Shown one piece after another: positions 15,657-23,987 of a stretch of 25,011 nt of DNA. The translations under genes were made by a program, and so were the position numbers. Origin of the DNA: a virus. Taxonomy: Duplodnaviria > Caudoviricetes. Position 1 is the first letter of the stretch; every line of letters starts with the position of its first letter. The notes beneath the pieces were generated by a model. That model searched no databases. It was given only the letters and a program-made list of their open reading frames with translations, and had not been told where the DNA came from. The DNA lies in the IMG/VR virus record IMGVR_UViG_3300017747_003517, positions 1 through 25,011 of that record. The stretch is one strand, 5' to 3'.

Positions 15657-17327
15657 TCACCTTTGATGCACTTGGCCGTTGACGTCGTAAATTCCTGCAG
15701 CGGTATAACGGCCGTTGTTCGCGCGCTTCAGGTAAATGGAATGCGGTTGCGGCAGGTGCTCGTACGGCCAAACCGCCGTAGTGTACTTCGTTGTCAGTAA
15801 CCACCCGCCTGCGTCGTTTTTGATCGGCGGTGATACAACCAGCTGCCACGGCTCCGCTTCTATGATCTTTTTGACGTTGACGGCTTCGTACGCTCCGCCG
15901 CGCGTCTTCAGGTCTTTGCCGGGTGACGTTGCGATGGTGTTGTCAAACTGACAAAATGGGCAAATAGGATGAAGGAACGCCGCGTACGTTTCTTCGCATG
16001 CTGCGCACGTCTTGATCTCGGATTGTTGCTGGCCGCAGTGAGGGCAGCGCATGCCGTGGAAATGCGGGTCGAACCGTTCGTCGCACGCCTTGCAGCGCGG
16101 GGCGCTCTTGTGGATCAGGTTGCAGCTTGGGCACGTCTTGCCGTGCTCCCACGTCTCCCACTCCGTACCGCAGCCGGGCAGTTCCTTGCGCAAAGCCTCG
16201 CACGTCAGCATGCGACCAGGTGCAGCCATGACGGCGTCAAGCGTGCCGTGACGTTGGATGTTGCCGCCGAAGTCCGATACCAGGCAGTTAGCGGCGTGCG
16301 GCGTGATACGGGCGCCGCGTCCGAGCCCTTGCGCGTAGTAGACGGCCGACTTGGTCGCGCGGCAAAACGCCATGTAGTCAATATCTACAACGTCAAAACC
16401 CGTGTTGAACATGTTGCAGGAAACCAGAATACCGCCCTGCGGATCATTGCGGAACGCTTCCACGGACTTGTCACGCTTGCCCATGACAGACTTGGAATGC
16501 ACGCCGTACACACGCTGCACGCCGGCCCGCTGTAACGCGGCTTCCATCTTATCAACGTGCTCGATATTGCAACAGAAAATAAGCACGCGGCGCCGGTTGA
16601 ATTTCTGCGTCACCTCCAGAATTGTTTTCGCGTGGCTCGGTGCGAGTTTGATGGCGCGCGGGGCCATTTCGTCAAGGTCGAAGTCACCGGCCGTCGTCTT
16701 CAGCCCCTCAACGTCAATCGTTTCGTCTTCGCCAGCGTCCACGGGCACCAACGGTTTAACGTAGCCATCGCGGAGCGCGTCAAGGAAGGTATACCGGAAT
16801 ACGATCGGGCCGAATGTTTTCGCCAGGTCCCCGGTCCCGTCCGCCCGGAACGGCGTGCCCGTAAGCCCGTGCACTTTCGCCGTGGGCAGCTTGTCAAATA
16901 GACGTCGGTACTGCGACGACTTGGCCGGCGGGACCATATGCACCTCATCGACTAAGATCGCGACGACGTCACGGAAAAGGTGCACGCGATTGATAATGCT
17001 ACCAATAGTGCCAACAGTAACGCGGGCGAATGCGTTGGTGCTAATTGAAGATGAACAGATACCAGGACTAATCCCGTGGTTTTTACACGCTGCGGCATTG
17101 TGCTTCACCAATTCTTTGTTGTGTGCAACTATCAGTACGCGTCCGAATTGCTGATAGTGTGCGGCCAGCATCCCGAGCATATCGGATTTGCCGCCAGCTA
17201 CCGTCACTTCCGCGACGGAAAACCGGCTGTCGTGGTATGCCGTCAACGCCTGTACGCCGTCAAGCTGATGCCGGCGCGGTACGAAAGGCGCGGGAGTTAG
17301 CGACGTGGTGTTTAGAAAGCCGTGCAT
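15657..17327 (-). CDS. SF2 DEAD/DEAH helicase (RadD/YejH-like) with C-terminal zinc ribbons (556 aa)
   Basis: Q motif RRHQ, GGKS, DEVH, TGT, TGFD, QGLGRGAR, then five CxxC pairs. Confidence 0.92.
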   Translation of the reverse strand: MHGFLNTTSLTPAPFVPRRHQLDGVQALTAYHDSRFSVAEVTVAGGKSDMLGMLAAHYQQFGRVLIVAHNKELVKHNAAACKNHGISPGICSSSISTNAFARVTVGTIGSIINRVHLFRDVVAILVDEVHMVPPAKSSQYRRLFDKLPTAKVHGLTGTPFRADGTGDLAKTFGPIVFRYTFLDALRDGYVKPLVPVDAGEDETIDVEGLKTTAGDFDLDEMAPRAIKLAPSHAKTILEVTQKFNRRRVLIFCCNIEHVDKMEAALQRAGVQRVYGVHSKSVMGKRDKSVEAFRNDPQGGILVSCNMFNTGFDVVDIDYMAFCRATKSAVYYAQGLGRGARITPHAANCLVSDFGGNIQRHGTLDAVMAAPGRMLTCEALRKELPGCGTEWETWEHGKTCPSCNLIHKSAPRCKACDERFDPHFHGMRCPHCGQQQSEIKTCAACEETYAAFLHPICPFCQFDNTIATSPGKDLKTRGGAYEAVNVKKIIEAEPWQLVVSPPIKNDAGGWLLTTKYTTAVWPYEHLPQPHSIYLKRANNGRYTAAGIYDVNGQVHQR

Positions 17328-17328
17328 T

Positions 17329-17601
17329 TCAGTTCCGGGCCAGGTGCTGCAGGTCGCGGTTGATTGCCTCGCGCAACGTCTTGATGGTGGTTTCTATGAC
17401 GTCGGCCCGACTGCCATGGCCGCCGGCTATGACCAGCGCAGCGGCGCCGGCCAGCCCGTCGATATACGCAGCGGCAACCGACTGGCCGGCGGCCCTGTCT
17501 GTACGAATGACGTGTGCAAACACGCCCATGTGTTGCTGAATTGTGTCGCGCAAAATGACACTTGCGGCGCTCTCGATACGTAGGCCCGGGGGTTTGCTCA
17601 T
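17329..17601 (-). CDS. Hypothetical protein (about 90 aa)
   Basis: Abuts the helicase start. TG-a-TAGGAT 7 nt upstream suggests a leaderless start; start position uncertain. Confidence 0.65.
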   Translation of the reverse strand: MSKPPGLRIESAASVILRDTIQQHMGVFAHVIRTDRAAGQSVAAAYIDGLAGAAALVIAGGHGSRADVIETTIKTLREAINRDLQHLARN

Positions 17602-17665
17602 AAAAGGCATCCTATCACGAAGGCGCCGAAAAAGGCGAGCGCGATTGACAATTTTTGGTCTGTTG

Positions 17666-17836
17666 TCATGAGAATTTGAGCCCCCGCCGGGACTTGCCCC
17701 ACTGGATTGCAGTTGAAGTAACGAAGTCAACGTCGTGCGTACCCACTTCCCACATGATCTGCACAAAACGACCTTCGATTTTCGACACGATGCCGACGAT
17801 CCCGTGAAGTTCTACGATCTGATGCAGTTTGAACAT
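17666..17836 (-). CDS. Hypothetical protein (56 aa) after cassette B
   Basis: GGAGAG RBS in the conserved leader. Confidence 0.75.
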   Translation of the reverse strand: MFKLHQIVELHGIVGIVSKIEGRFVQIMWEVGTHDVDFVTSTAIQWGKSRRGLKFS

Positions 17837-17902
17837 TGTCGCTCTCCAGCGGTTGGCGTCTTCGATGTACGTACATGTACACGGTCCCTGAAGACGTGTC
17901 AA
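17837..17902 (-). promoter_or_regulatory. Cassette B: TTGACA-17-TACATG, degenerate operator (TCTTCAGGGA), AACCGCTGGAGAGC leader
   Basis: Repeated family member. Confidence 0.85.
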
Positions 17903-17912
17903 CAGCTATTTT

Positions 17913-18215
17913 TCAGTGCAGTGCATCAACCACGAACCCGAAAAACTCGTTTGTCAGTACGAACCCGCCACGTTCCAGCGCCAGCCAGGCTTCGGTTTCG
18001 GGATAGTCGATATAGACCCGGCGCATGGGGGTGCCGACGCTCTCAATGATTACAAGCGGGGTTTCATGCGGCTTTGTGTGCTCAATGACGTAACCGCAGG
18101 CGTGCATAGCGCCCCGCGATAACTGGCTAGTATGGTATGCGTTAGCCACTTCCCACGCATACACGGGCGACATAAGCGGGCTTTGCGCGATTGTGGACAG
18201 CGGAAAATACCTCAC
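17913..18215 (-). CDS. Hypothetical protein (100 aa)
   Basis: GTGA overlap with the upstream stop; GGAG RBS. Confidence 0.65.
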   Translation of the reverse strand: MRYFPLSTIAQSPLMSPVYAWEVANAYHTSQLSRGAMHACGYVIEHTKPHETPLVIIESVGTPMRRVYIDYPETEAWLALERGGFVLTNEFFGFVVDALH

Positions 18216-18547
18216 AGCGACAACTCCAGCCCCAATTCGGTTGCGACTTCCCAAACCATCGCCATAAGGTCTTTTACCGTCATGACGGGGGCGCCAGGCT
18301 GCGGCATGCCGATATCCTGAAATTCAATTGTAGTGCCGTCCGTGAACGAGCTTTGCCCCCGGGGTACGATCTGGCCGCGCGGGGTGTTTACCACGATTTC
18401 CAGCGCCGGCCGTGTGCTGTGAACTTGTACAGCCGTGTACGCGGTCATAAACCGCAAATCGGCTTGGATCAGCCCGACGACGTCGGCCACGGCCAGCGGC
18501 TGCGCTGGTTCGGTTGTGGCGGGTAGCTGTTCCCACGGGTAGGTCAC
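18212..18547 (-). CDS. Hypothetical protein (111 aa)
   Basis: GTGA overlap with the upstream ORF; fills the operon. Confidence 0.65.
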   Translation of the reverse strand: MTYPWEQLPATTEPAQPLAVADVVGLIQADLRFMTAYTAVQVHSTRPALEIVVNTPRGQIVPRGQSSFTDGTTIEFQDIGMPQPGAPVMTVKDLMAMVWEVATELGLELSL

Positions 18548-18702
18548 TTTCTGGTACCGCCCGTTATGATGTTCAAATACGCAAACAAAAGGAACCAAGC
18601 CCACACCCAAGCGGACTTATCACTGTACGCCAAGGCGCCAGCAATCATCACGCCTGCGATGCACGGCAGTTCGGCCACTAACCTAAAGAAGACTGTTCCC
18701 AC
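18544..18702 (-). CDS. Small membrane protein (52 aa)
   Basis: Two hydrophobic segments; GTG start. Confidence 0.55.
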   Translation of the reverse strand: MGTVFFRLVAELPCIAGVMIAGALAYSDKSAWVWAWFLLFAYLNIITGGTRK

Positions 18703-18905
18703 GGCATCGCCTTTCTCAAATAGGAAGCTTCCACGGGGTAGATAATGGCTCCGCCGTCTCCGTCGCTCCAGACGATTGCGATGGTGTCTGCGTCCACGGA
18801 AACGACGGTGCCGCGACAGTCGCCGGAATAGACGGCGTCTCCCACGGCATAGGCTGGGGCATCTGGTCCCGGAATTTCGGCAGGTGTGTCGCCCCAAGGA
18901 AACAT
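18678..18905 (-). CDS. Hypothetical protein with SH3/KOW-like pattern (75 aa)
   Basis: YAVGDAV...RGTVVSV....IVW.DG. Confidence 0.65.
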   Translation of the reverse strand: MFPWGDTPAEIPGPDAPAYAVGDAVYSGDCRGTVVSVDADTIAIVWSDGDGGAIIYPVEASYLRKAMPWEQSSLG

Positions 18906-18966
18906 TGTATTCCGTCCAGTGCTGCCTTGCCGCAAGCGCAGATGCCGTCCCATTCGCCGTCTGCGT

Positions 18967-21027
18967 CTAGGCCCATGGCATGCCCATTTGCGTGGTTGGC
19001 AACTCAATCGCCCAAGGAATTGTTAAACTCTGCTTAACCCCGTTCTGCGGCGCATAGACAGCCAGGAACGGACACCCGTGCATTGTACGGAGATACCCGG
19101 CATTTAGCAAGGCCGTCATGCCGTCCTTTTCAAACATTTTTAATGCCGCGTCTTTGTTGACGATATAGCCGGGCGCCTCGCCCTTGACACCATGGCCCAC
19201 GGCTGCGGCCACGCTTTCAAACGTGACCATGCTGCCGGCGCGCAATGCGTCCATACTGCCGCCCGTGACCCCCGGGAGCATCGCAGCCAGGCGCATTGAC
19301 GCACCCTGTTCTTTCTGCTGTGTCGGTACGGCGATCTCGCGCTTGAACACGTTAACCGTGGTCGTACGGCCTTTGACGTCTTTGCCGTAGTGTTCCGATA
19401 TGATCTTGCCCACATAGCTCTTTGCCTTCGGAGCGCCGCGCGCCTTGCCGCAGTCGATCGAAACGTCATCCTGTCGATTGGATGTGATCCGGTACACAAA
19501 GCCGCTATTGCCTGACTTGGCTCCGTTGCCCTTCTGCCAAGCGTCTTCGTTGCCCATGGGCAAATGATCCGTGACAATTTCGGCGGCGCCCGTACGTCGT
19601 GCCGTGTTCTTCAGGATGAACATTGCTTTGAGTACGCTTTCCGTATCGTTATCTGCGAAGCACAGTCCCGACGCGCCCCACGTATCGAGCACGATCAAAT
19701 CAACTCGCATATTCATGGCGGCCATTGCCTGCGTCTGCGCTACGCATTGCTGTTCAAACGCCATCGGTTCGGAAATGCCGCGTATCAAGTGAAAGCGTGC
19801 GGCAAGTTCGCGGGCGTTCGGCTCCTGCTTCAGCAAATGCCTTACTCTCCGCTCTGTACCGTAGTCGTCTTCTGCCGCAATCCAAAGTACATGGCCGTTA
19901 GTTTTTTCGATCTCGGCGTCGCACCAACTTCGTCCGGTGAGGTACGACACGGCAAGATCGGTGACGACTGTTGATTTGCCGGCGCCGCTATGCCCCGTGA
20001 AAAAATGGACTTCACCGCATAAAATACGCTGGTACAGCAACCACGGTAATTCATCGGTGTTATCCTCCAGCGAAATTTCAAAGCCCGTACGTGCGACCAA
20101 TGACGGCGCCGTCTGCGCGTCCGCCAGGCCCTGCAGCATCGTACGGCGCGACATGATTGCTTGCATAATCAGGTTGCCGCGCAACACCGGCAATTGATCG
20201 TGGCGCGATATTTCCTCGCCTAGCGTGCGTCCGCCAAGCCCTTCGTCAAGCGATTGTCCGGCGCTCGTTATGGCGTCTTCAATCTCCGCCCGGGTGCACA
20301 GCCCATTTAGCTCCGCGAACTTCAGCACGCCAACCAAGGCGAAGATCGTGGACCCGCGCCCCTCAGTCTTGCCCATTAGCTCATGCTTCAGCATGCCAAG
20401 GTACCGCATGGCGGCGTCGCGGCCGGCCTGCCACTCGTCCATATTTTGCGGTTTGACGTATTGCAGTTCCTCGGCGCTGGCTGTCTCATGTTCTGCGGAA
20501 AAGCGTAACGACGTGCCGGCGCGCAACGGGACTTCGGACAAGATATGTTGAAGCTGCGCCGTCGTAATACGCGGCCACTCGCTATCCCAATTCTCCCACT
20601 CGTACGGTTGGCCGGTGTCTTTGTGGGGGCCGAAGGCGACAAACTGGCCGCCCATTATCTGGAGTTTTTCGCCGTCTGGAAACGAGAAGGTACGGCCTTG
20701 TACGGGTGCGTCTACCAAAAAGAATGGAATAAGGAACCTTGGTTTACGCCCCCAACGCACGGGAACATTGGCCCCCAGCACGGCCCGAAAAGCAGCGAGT
20801 AGTTTTGCTGCGCTGTCGGGGTTGGCTGTGTCGCAATCAAACCCTGAAAGCCCGCCGTCGCCACAACGTAGGCCGACGCTGCCGGCGCCGGGGTGGGGTA
20901 TTGGGTGGGTCCAAACATTCCAGCCGTCTCCTATGGGGGCCTTGCTGTTCCGGGCTATAGCCAACGGGAACAATCCGCGCGCTTGGGCTTGTGTCCAAAA
21001 GTCCTGAATGCTACTAGGGAAGGACAT
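18967..21027 (-). CDS. Bifunctional primase-polymerase fused to AAA_25/RepA-like helicase (686 aa)
   Basis: N-terminal KAP...W, VGLRCG, DCD, QFVAFGPHKDTGQPYEW. C-terminal GHSGAGKS, WIAAED, LIVLDT, DH. Confidence 0.9.
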   Translation of the reverse strand: MSFPSSIQDFWTQAQARGLFPLAIARNSKAPIGDGWNVWTHPIPHPGAGSVGLRCGDGGLSGFDCDTANPDSAAKLLAAFRAVLGANVPVRWGRKPRFLIPFFLVDAPVQGRTFSFPDGEKLQIMGGQFVAFGPHKDTGQPYEWENWDSEWPRITTAQLQHILSEVPLRAGTSLRFSAEHETASAEELQYVKPQNMDEWQAGRDAAMRYLGMLKHELMGKTEGRGSTIFALVGVLKFAELNGLCTRAEIEDAITSAGQSLDEGLGGRTLGEEISRHDQLPVLRGNLIMQAIMSRRTMLQGLADAQTAPSLVARTGFEISLEDNTDELPWLLYQRILCGEVHFFTGHSGAGKSTVVTDLAVSYLTGRSWCDAEIEKTNGHVLWIAAEDDYGTERRVRHLLKQEPNARELAARFHLIRGISEPMAFEQQCVAQTQAMAAMNMRVDLIVLDTWGASGLCFADNDTESVLKAMFILKNTARRTGAAEIVTDHLPMGNEDAWQKGNGAKSGNSGFVYRITSNRQDDVSIDCGKARGAPKAKSYVGKIISEHYGKDVKGRTTTVNVFKREIAVPTQQKEQGASMRLAAMLPGVTGGSMDALRAGSMVTFESVAAAVGHGVKGEAPGYIVNKDAALKMFEKDGMTALLNAGYLRTMHGCPFLAVYAPQNGVKQSLTIPWAIELPTTQMGMPWA

Positions 21028-21055
21028 TCGCGCTCTTATCGCGAGTGGAGACTAA

Positions 21056-21093
21056 CGAACCCCCGGCGCTCGCAACGCCGGGGGTTTGCTTTT
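21056..21093. terminator. Strong hairpin, probable bidirectional terminator upstream of the primase
   Basis: AACCCCCGGCG-ctcgcaa-CGCCGGGGGTT followed by TGCTTTT on the + strand. Confidence 0.7.
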
Positions 21094-21114
21094 ACGCTGT
21101 GATTTGCGGTGCCG

Positions 21115-21300
21115 TCAAGCGTGCTGTTTCGCGACGTACTGTTGCAAGAACTCGCGGGCTTCGGCTGTCAGACGCGCGTAGCTAAGAAACCAAAATGCTT
21201 CGGCACGGGCGCTTGACGTGCGGTTGCTCAGTCCTTTGGCCGCTTTTTCCAAGTCCCATTTGACGGTTTCGAGGGTGTGGGTTCCAAGAACGTGTTGCAT
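21115..21300 (-). CDS. Hypothetical protein (61 aa) after cassette C
   Basis: GGAGAG RBS in the conserved leader. Confidence 0.75.
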   Translation of the reverse strand: MQHVLGTHTLETVKWDLEKAAKGLSNRTSSARAEAFWFLSYARLTAEAREFLQQYVAKQHA

Positions 21301-21367
21301 TATGTGCTCTCCAGCGGTTTGCGTTGCTTATGTACGTACGTGTACACATCCCTAGGGACCGCGTCAA
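21301..21367 (-). promoter_or_regulatory. Cassette C: TTGACG-17-TACACG, TCCCTAGGGA (21349-21358), AACCGCTGGAGAGC leader
   Basis: Repeated family member. Confidence 0.85.
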
Positions 21368-21376
21368 CCGCTATTT

Positions 21377-21757
21377 TCACTCCCAAGGCATTTTATTTTG
21401 TGGCGCTGCAGCATGCATTGCCGGCGCCAATTCGTACTGCGCCAGGCGGGCTGTCAGGTCTGCGACCGTGCTGTACAGGCCCTCCAGTTCCTGCCGCATG
21501 ACGTTGTTTTCCATACGTACAATTTCGACGTCGGGCGTGTCACCCGCGCTTTTGTTGCGGCGGTGGTGTTCGCAATTCTTCAGCCCAAAGCTGTTGCTGT
21601 CGGCTAGCCCGTCCGCAATCTTTGACGTTACGAAAATCGAAAACGGATTGCCGCACGCCTGACAGGGGCGGGAAAACTCTGTCAGGTTTTTGTACGTACG
21701 GTTTTTTATGACGTGGTTTCCCGTTGCGCCTCGGGTCCATGGTGTGCGGTCGTGCAT
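21377..21757 (-). CDS. Zn-finger plus coiled-coil protein (126 aa)
   Basis: CQAC...CEHH followed by heptads; GAGG RBS. Confidence 0.7.
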   Translation of the reverse strand: MHDRTPWTRGATGNHVIKNRTYKNLTEFSRPCQACGNPFSIFVTSKIADGLADSNSFGLKNCEHHRRNKSAGDTPDVEIVRMENNVMRQELEGLYSTVADLTARLAQYELAPAMHAAAPQNKMPWE

Positions 21758-21957
21758 TAGTTTTCCCTCACATCAATTAACGGCATCGCTGCGACTGCAC
21801 GCATGACAGTATTAAGATGCACTGTTGGGCCGTTGCCGTAAACAATTACAATAAGTTCGTCGCCATCAATAACAACAATCCGCGCGCTGAAAGAACTAAA
21901 GTTTTTCGCGCGTTCCTCTGCATCGCGGGCGTTTAGTGCTTCGGTACTTATTTTCAT
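21757..21957 (-). CDS. Hypothetical protein (66 aa)
   Basis: Tightly packed in the operon (TAATG overlap). Confidence 0.65.
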   Translation of the reverse strand: MKISTEALNARDAEERAKNFSSFSARIVVIDGDELIVIVYGNGPTVHLNTVMRAVAAMPLIDVREN

Positions 21958-21958
21958 G

Positions 21959-22111
21959 TCAGATTGATCCTGTTACAACGAGAAAGCCAACGAACAACGC
22001 AGCGGCTGCCATGACGATCAACGCCAGGCCGACGACGACCTGCGCCGCACGCTGTCCGAATGCAAATGCGATTGCGGACACAATCGCGAAAACTCCTACG
22101 GCGTGGTGCAT
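21959..22111 (-). CDS. Small membrane protein (50 aa)
   Basis: Two hydrophobic helices; TGATG overlap. Confidence 0.65.
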   Translation of the reverse strand: MHHAVGVFAIVSAIAFAFGQRAAQVVVGLALIVMAAAALFVGFLVVTGSI

Positions 22112-22287
22112 CACACAATCCCCCGTGCTTCGCGTTTCAACTGTACGGCCAGCCATTGCAGGCTGTCCACGGTGTTGCCATCCTCTGGCGTCTCGCGCAT
22201 GATCCGCGTGGCGTCGTTTTCCAGTTCGTCGGCCAAGCGTTCAAGTTTGCTTTTGATCGAACGCGGGCCGGTGAGTTTGATTGCCAT
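22111..22287 (-). CDS. Hypothetical helical protein (58 aa)
   Basis: GGAG RBS before ATG 22287. Confidence 0.7.
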   Translation of the reverse strand: MAIKLTGPRSIKSKLERLADELENDATRIMRETPEDGNTVDSLQWLAVQLKREARGIV

Positions 22288-22289
22288 GG

Positions 22290-22415
22290 TTAGCTCCGAT
22301 CGAAGTAAATGCGCGGCATCACGCCAACGCGAAGAAAACGCCAGTACGGCAGGTGTACGGCTACGCGCCAAAGCTGCGCTTCGTAGCCCGTGGCGCCTTT
22401 GAATGCTGTCCACAC
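22290..22415 (-). CDS. Hypothetical protein (41 aa, MWTAFKGATGYEAQLWR...)
   Basis: Hand-translated. GGAGG RBS, GTG start, fills the gap exactly. Confidence 0.55.
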   Translation of the reverse strand: MWTAFKGATGYEAQLWRVAVHLPYWRFLRVGVMPRIYFDRS

Positions 22416-22418
22416 GGC

Positions 22419-22589
22419 CTAGCCCTCCGTCTTATCGAGCAAATCAACAATCGCGTCCAGCGGCGTGCGGCCAGTGCCGTACGTGCAATCCAGATCATAG
22501 CTGCCAAAGGTCGCCGTATAGGCGCTGTCGGCGTGCCAGAACGCGGCCAAGTGGTCGTACGTGACTTCGATTTCGGGGCGGGTGTCCAT
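22419..22589 (-). CDS. Hypothetical acidic protein (56 aa, MDTRPEIEVTYD...) after cassette D
   Basis: Hand-translated (below the ORF-track cutoff). GGAGAG RBS. Confidence 0.75.
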   Translation of the reverse strand: MDTRPEIEVTYDHLAAFWHADSAYTATFGSYDLDCTYGTGRTPLDAIVDLLDKTEG

Positions 22590-22647
22590 GGTTGCTCTCC
22601 AGCGTTTCTATGTACGGAGTTGTACGCGTTCCCTAGGGACGTGTCAA
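22590..22647 (-). promoter_or_regulatory. Cassette D: TTGACA-17-TACAAC, TCCCTAGGGA (22630-22639), AACGCTGGAGAGC leader
   Basis: Repeated family member. Confidence 0.85.
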
Positions 22648-22865
22648 GCCTGCGGCCCGACTTTTTCGTAAAAATATTTGCGGGCGGTTTCCTTCGAAAC
22701 GTTCTTGCATGGTTCGGTCCAGCGTACGGTAAACCCGCCGCGCACCCGGCCGTTGTAGTTCTGCCACTGCTTTAGCACGCTGTACGTACCGTCGCCGTTG
22801 TTGACCAGGGCGTAAATGAAGCCGCTCTTTTTGTTCTGCAGTTTAGCGGCAATTTTGCGGGTCAT
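22644..22865 (-). CDS. Hypothetical protein (73 aa) after cassette E
   Basis: GGAGAG RBS; stop codon lies inside the -35 of cassette D. Confidence 0.75.
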   Translation of the reverse strand: MTRKIAAKLQNKKSGFIYALVNNGDGTYSVLKQWQNYNGRVRGGFTVRWTEPCKNVSKETARKYFYEKVGPQA

Positions 22866-22921
22866 GTTGCTCTCCAGCGGTTCCAGTACGCACACAATAC
22901 ACCGTCCCTAGGGATTAGCAA
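22866..22921 (-). promoter_or_regulatory. Cassette E: TTGCTA-16-TATTGT, TCCCTAGGGA (22905-22914), AACCGCTGGAGAGC leader
   Basis: Repeated family member; first leftward promoter. Confidence 0.75.
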
Positions 22922-22959
22922 TGCGGCAGAATGTCGCACCCCACAGAGTACCGCAATAC

Positions 22960-23150
22960 CCTCTTAGGACGTCCCTAGAGAATGGCATCACTAGGGACGT
23001 CCTTAATGGACACCCAAGGGACGAAATCACTAGGGATCAATCCCTAACCCTACGGGTATGGGACTACGTCCCAATTACCCCAATGGGGCAATCCCTAGGC
23101 GCTACGCTTGGGATGCCCCTTGCCTACGCGGGGGAATGGACCTACGGTCC
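22960..23150. repeat. Cluster of TCCCTAG/CTAGGGA half-sites and short palindromes at the strand switch
   Basis: 13-bp inverted repeat 22966-22978/22991-23003; ATCACTAGGGA direct repeat at 22987 and 23026; palindromes at 23060-23072, 23078-23088 and 23138-23150. Confidence 0.85.
23120..23148 (+). promoter_or_regulatory. Promoter TTGCCT-17-TACGGT, predicted +1 at ATG 23155 (leaderless)
   Basis: Spacing read directly; no well-placed RBS before the ATG. Confidence 0.5.
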
Positions 23151-23154
23151 CGAC

Positions 23155-23601
23155 ATGGGAACGTCGTTACCTACAGTGCGGTTGCCGCAATTCTTTGTTG
23201 AAACGGCTCACAAGGGCACGGATAGAATACGCACGCTTGTACGGATGGAAAGCCCGACGCTGACGACAGCCTGCAGACAAGCCGGATTGCCAAACGAGTT
23301 AGCGGCTATGTGTGGCGGATTACTTGCGAGCGTTATTGACGATCTTGTGACAATCGGACGGCTAAAGCGATCGGACTTTGAACGTACGAAGCGCAAACAA
23401 CGCGTTCTAGCGGCTGCTGACGAGCCTGCACGGTCGGCGCTGCGTTTGGCTGTTGCGGCTTCACCGATCAACGGACGGGCCGCCGTGGCTCATTGGGACA
23501 CGATCTGCGAGAAGCCGGAAGTCGGCAAGCTGGCGTGGCTGTTAGGGCTGGACACGGAAACCTCGTACAAGTACGGCAAACGCCAGGAGCATCGAACATG
23601 A
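23155..23601 (+). CDS. Hypothetical protein (148 aa), first rightward gene
   Basis: 3' part of ORF 22921-23601. The upstream part runs through the repeat cluster and is probably non-coding. Confidence 0.6.
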   Translation: MGTSLPTVRLPQFFVETAHKGTDRIRTLVRMESPTLTTACRQAGLPNELAAMCGGLLASVIDDLVTIGRLKRSDFERTKRKQRVLAAADEPARSALRLAVAASPINGRAAVAHWDTICEKPEVGKLAWLLGLDTETSYKYGKRQEHRT

Positions 23602-23690
23602 AACGCCGCAAGCCTGCGGACCCGGACAACGGCAGTGTGTTCTTGGTTTGCGTTTAGTTTCATGATTGCGCTGCTGACCGGAGGTGAAGC

Positions 23691-23870
23691 ATGAATGACG
23701 ACACGACGTACAACACGATTGCGGAAGCCGAAGCCGTGCTGGTCGCGGCCGGCTACCGACGTGACGTCAACCGCGCCGCGTGGGTTAGTCCCATGGCTGG
23801 GGTTGGCGGCGCCGTACGGGTAATTCGCACCCCCGAAAATAAATTCAAGATATCCCGAAATAACGCTTGA
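23691..23870 (+). CDS. Hypothetical protein (59 aa, MNDDTTYNTIAEAEAVL...)
   Basis: Hand-translated. GGAGGT RBS; stop inside the -35 of cassette F. Confidence 0.75.
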   Translation: MNDDTTYNTIAEAEAVLVAAGYRRDVNRAAWVSPMAGVGGAVRVIRTPENKFKISRNNA

Positions 23871-23933
23871 CGTAATCCCTAGGGACCTGTACACATACGT
23901 ACATCGAAACGACGAACCCCGCTGGAGAGCAAA
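23867..23933 (+). promoter_or_regulatory. Cassette F: TTGACG-17-TACACA, TCCCTAGGGA (23876-23885), CCGCTGGAGAGC leader
   Basis: Repeated family member. Confidence 0.85.
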
Positions 23934-23987
23934 ATGAACTTCGACACCGAAGCCGAAGCCGCCGCATTTATCGCAAAGAAGGCTTGA
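23934..23987 (+). CDS. 17-aa micropeptide MNFDTEAEAAAFIAKKA
   Basis: Only ORF between cassettes F and G; GGAGAG RBS 4 nt before the ATG. Confidence 0.55.
   Translation: MNFDTEAEAAAFIAKKA

Noticed and set aside
17645-17668. + strand TTGACA within a TGACAA/TTGTCA inverted repeat
   Set aside because: No well-spaced -10 and no + strand gene. The single occurrence cannot be assigned.
22921-23154. 5' part of the 226-aa ORF with ITRD repeats
   Set aside because: The peptide repeats are a by-product of the DNA palindrome array. No RBS at 22921.
23598-23657. 19-aa ORF MKRRKPADPDNGSVFLVCV
   Set aside because: Has an ATGA overlap but is too short to support. Could be a frameshifted membrane peptide.
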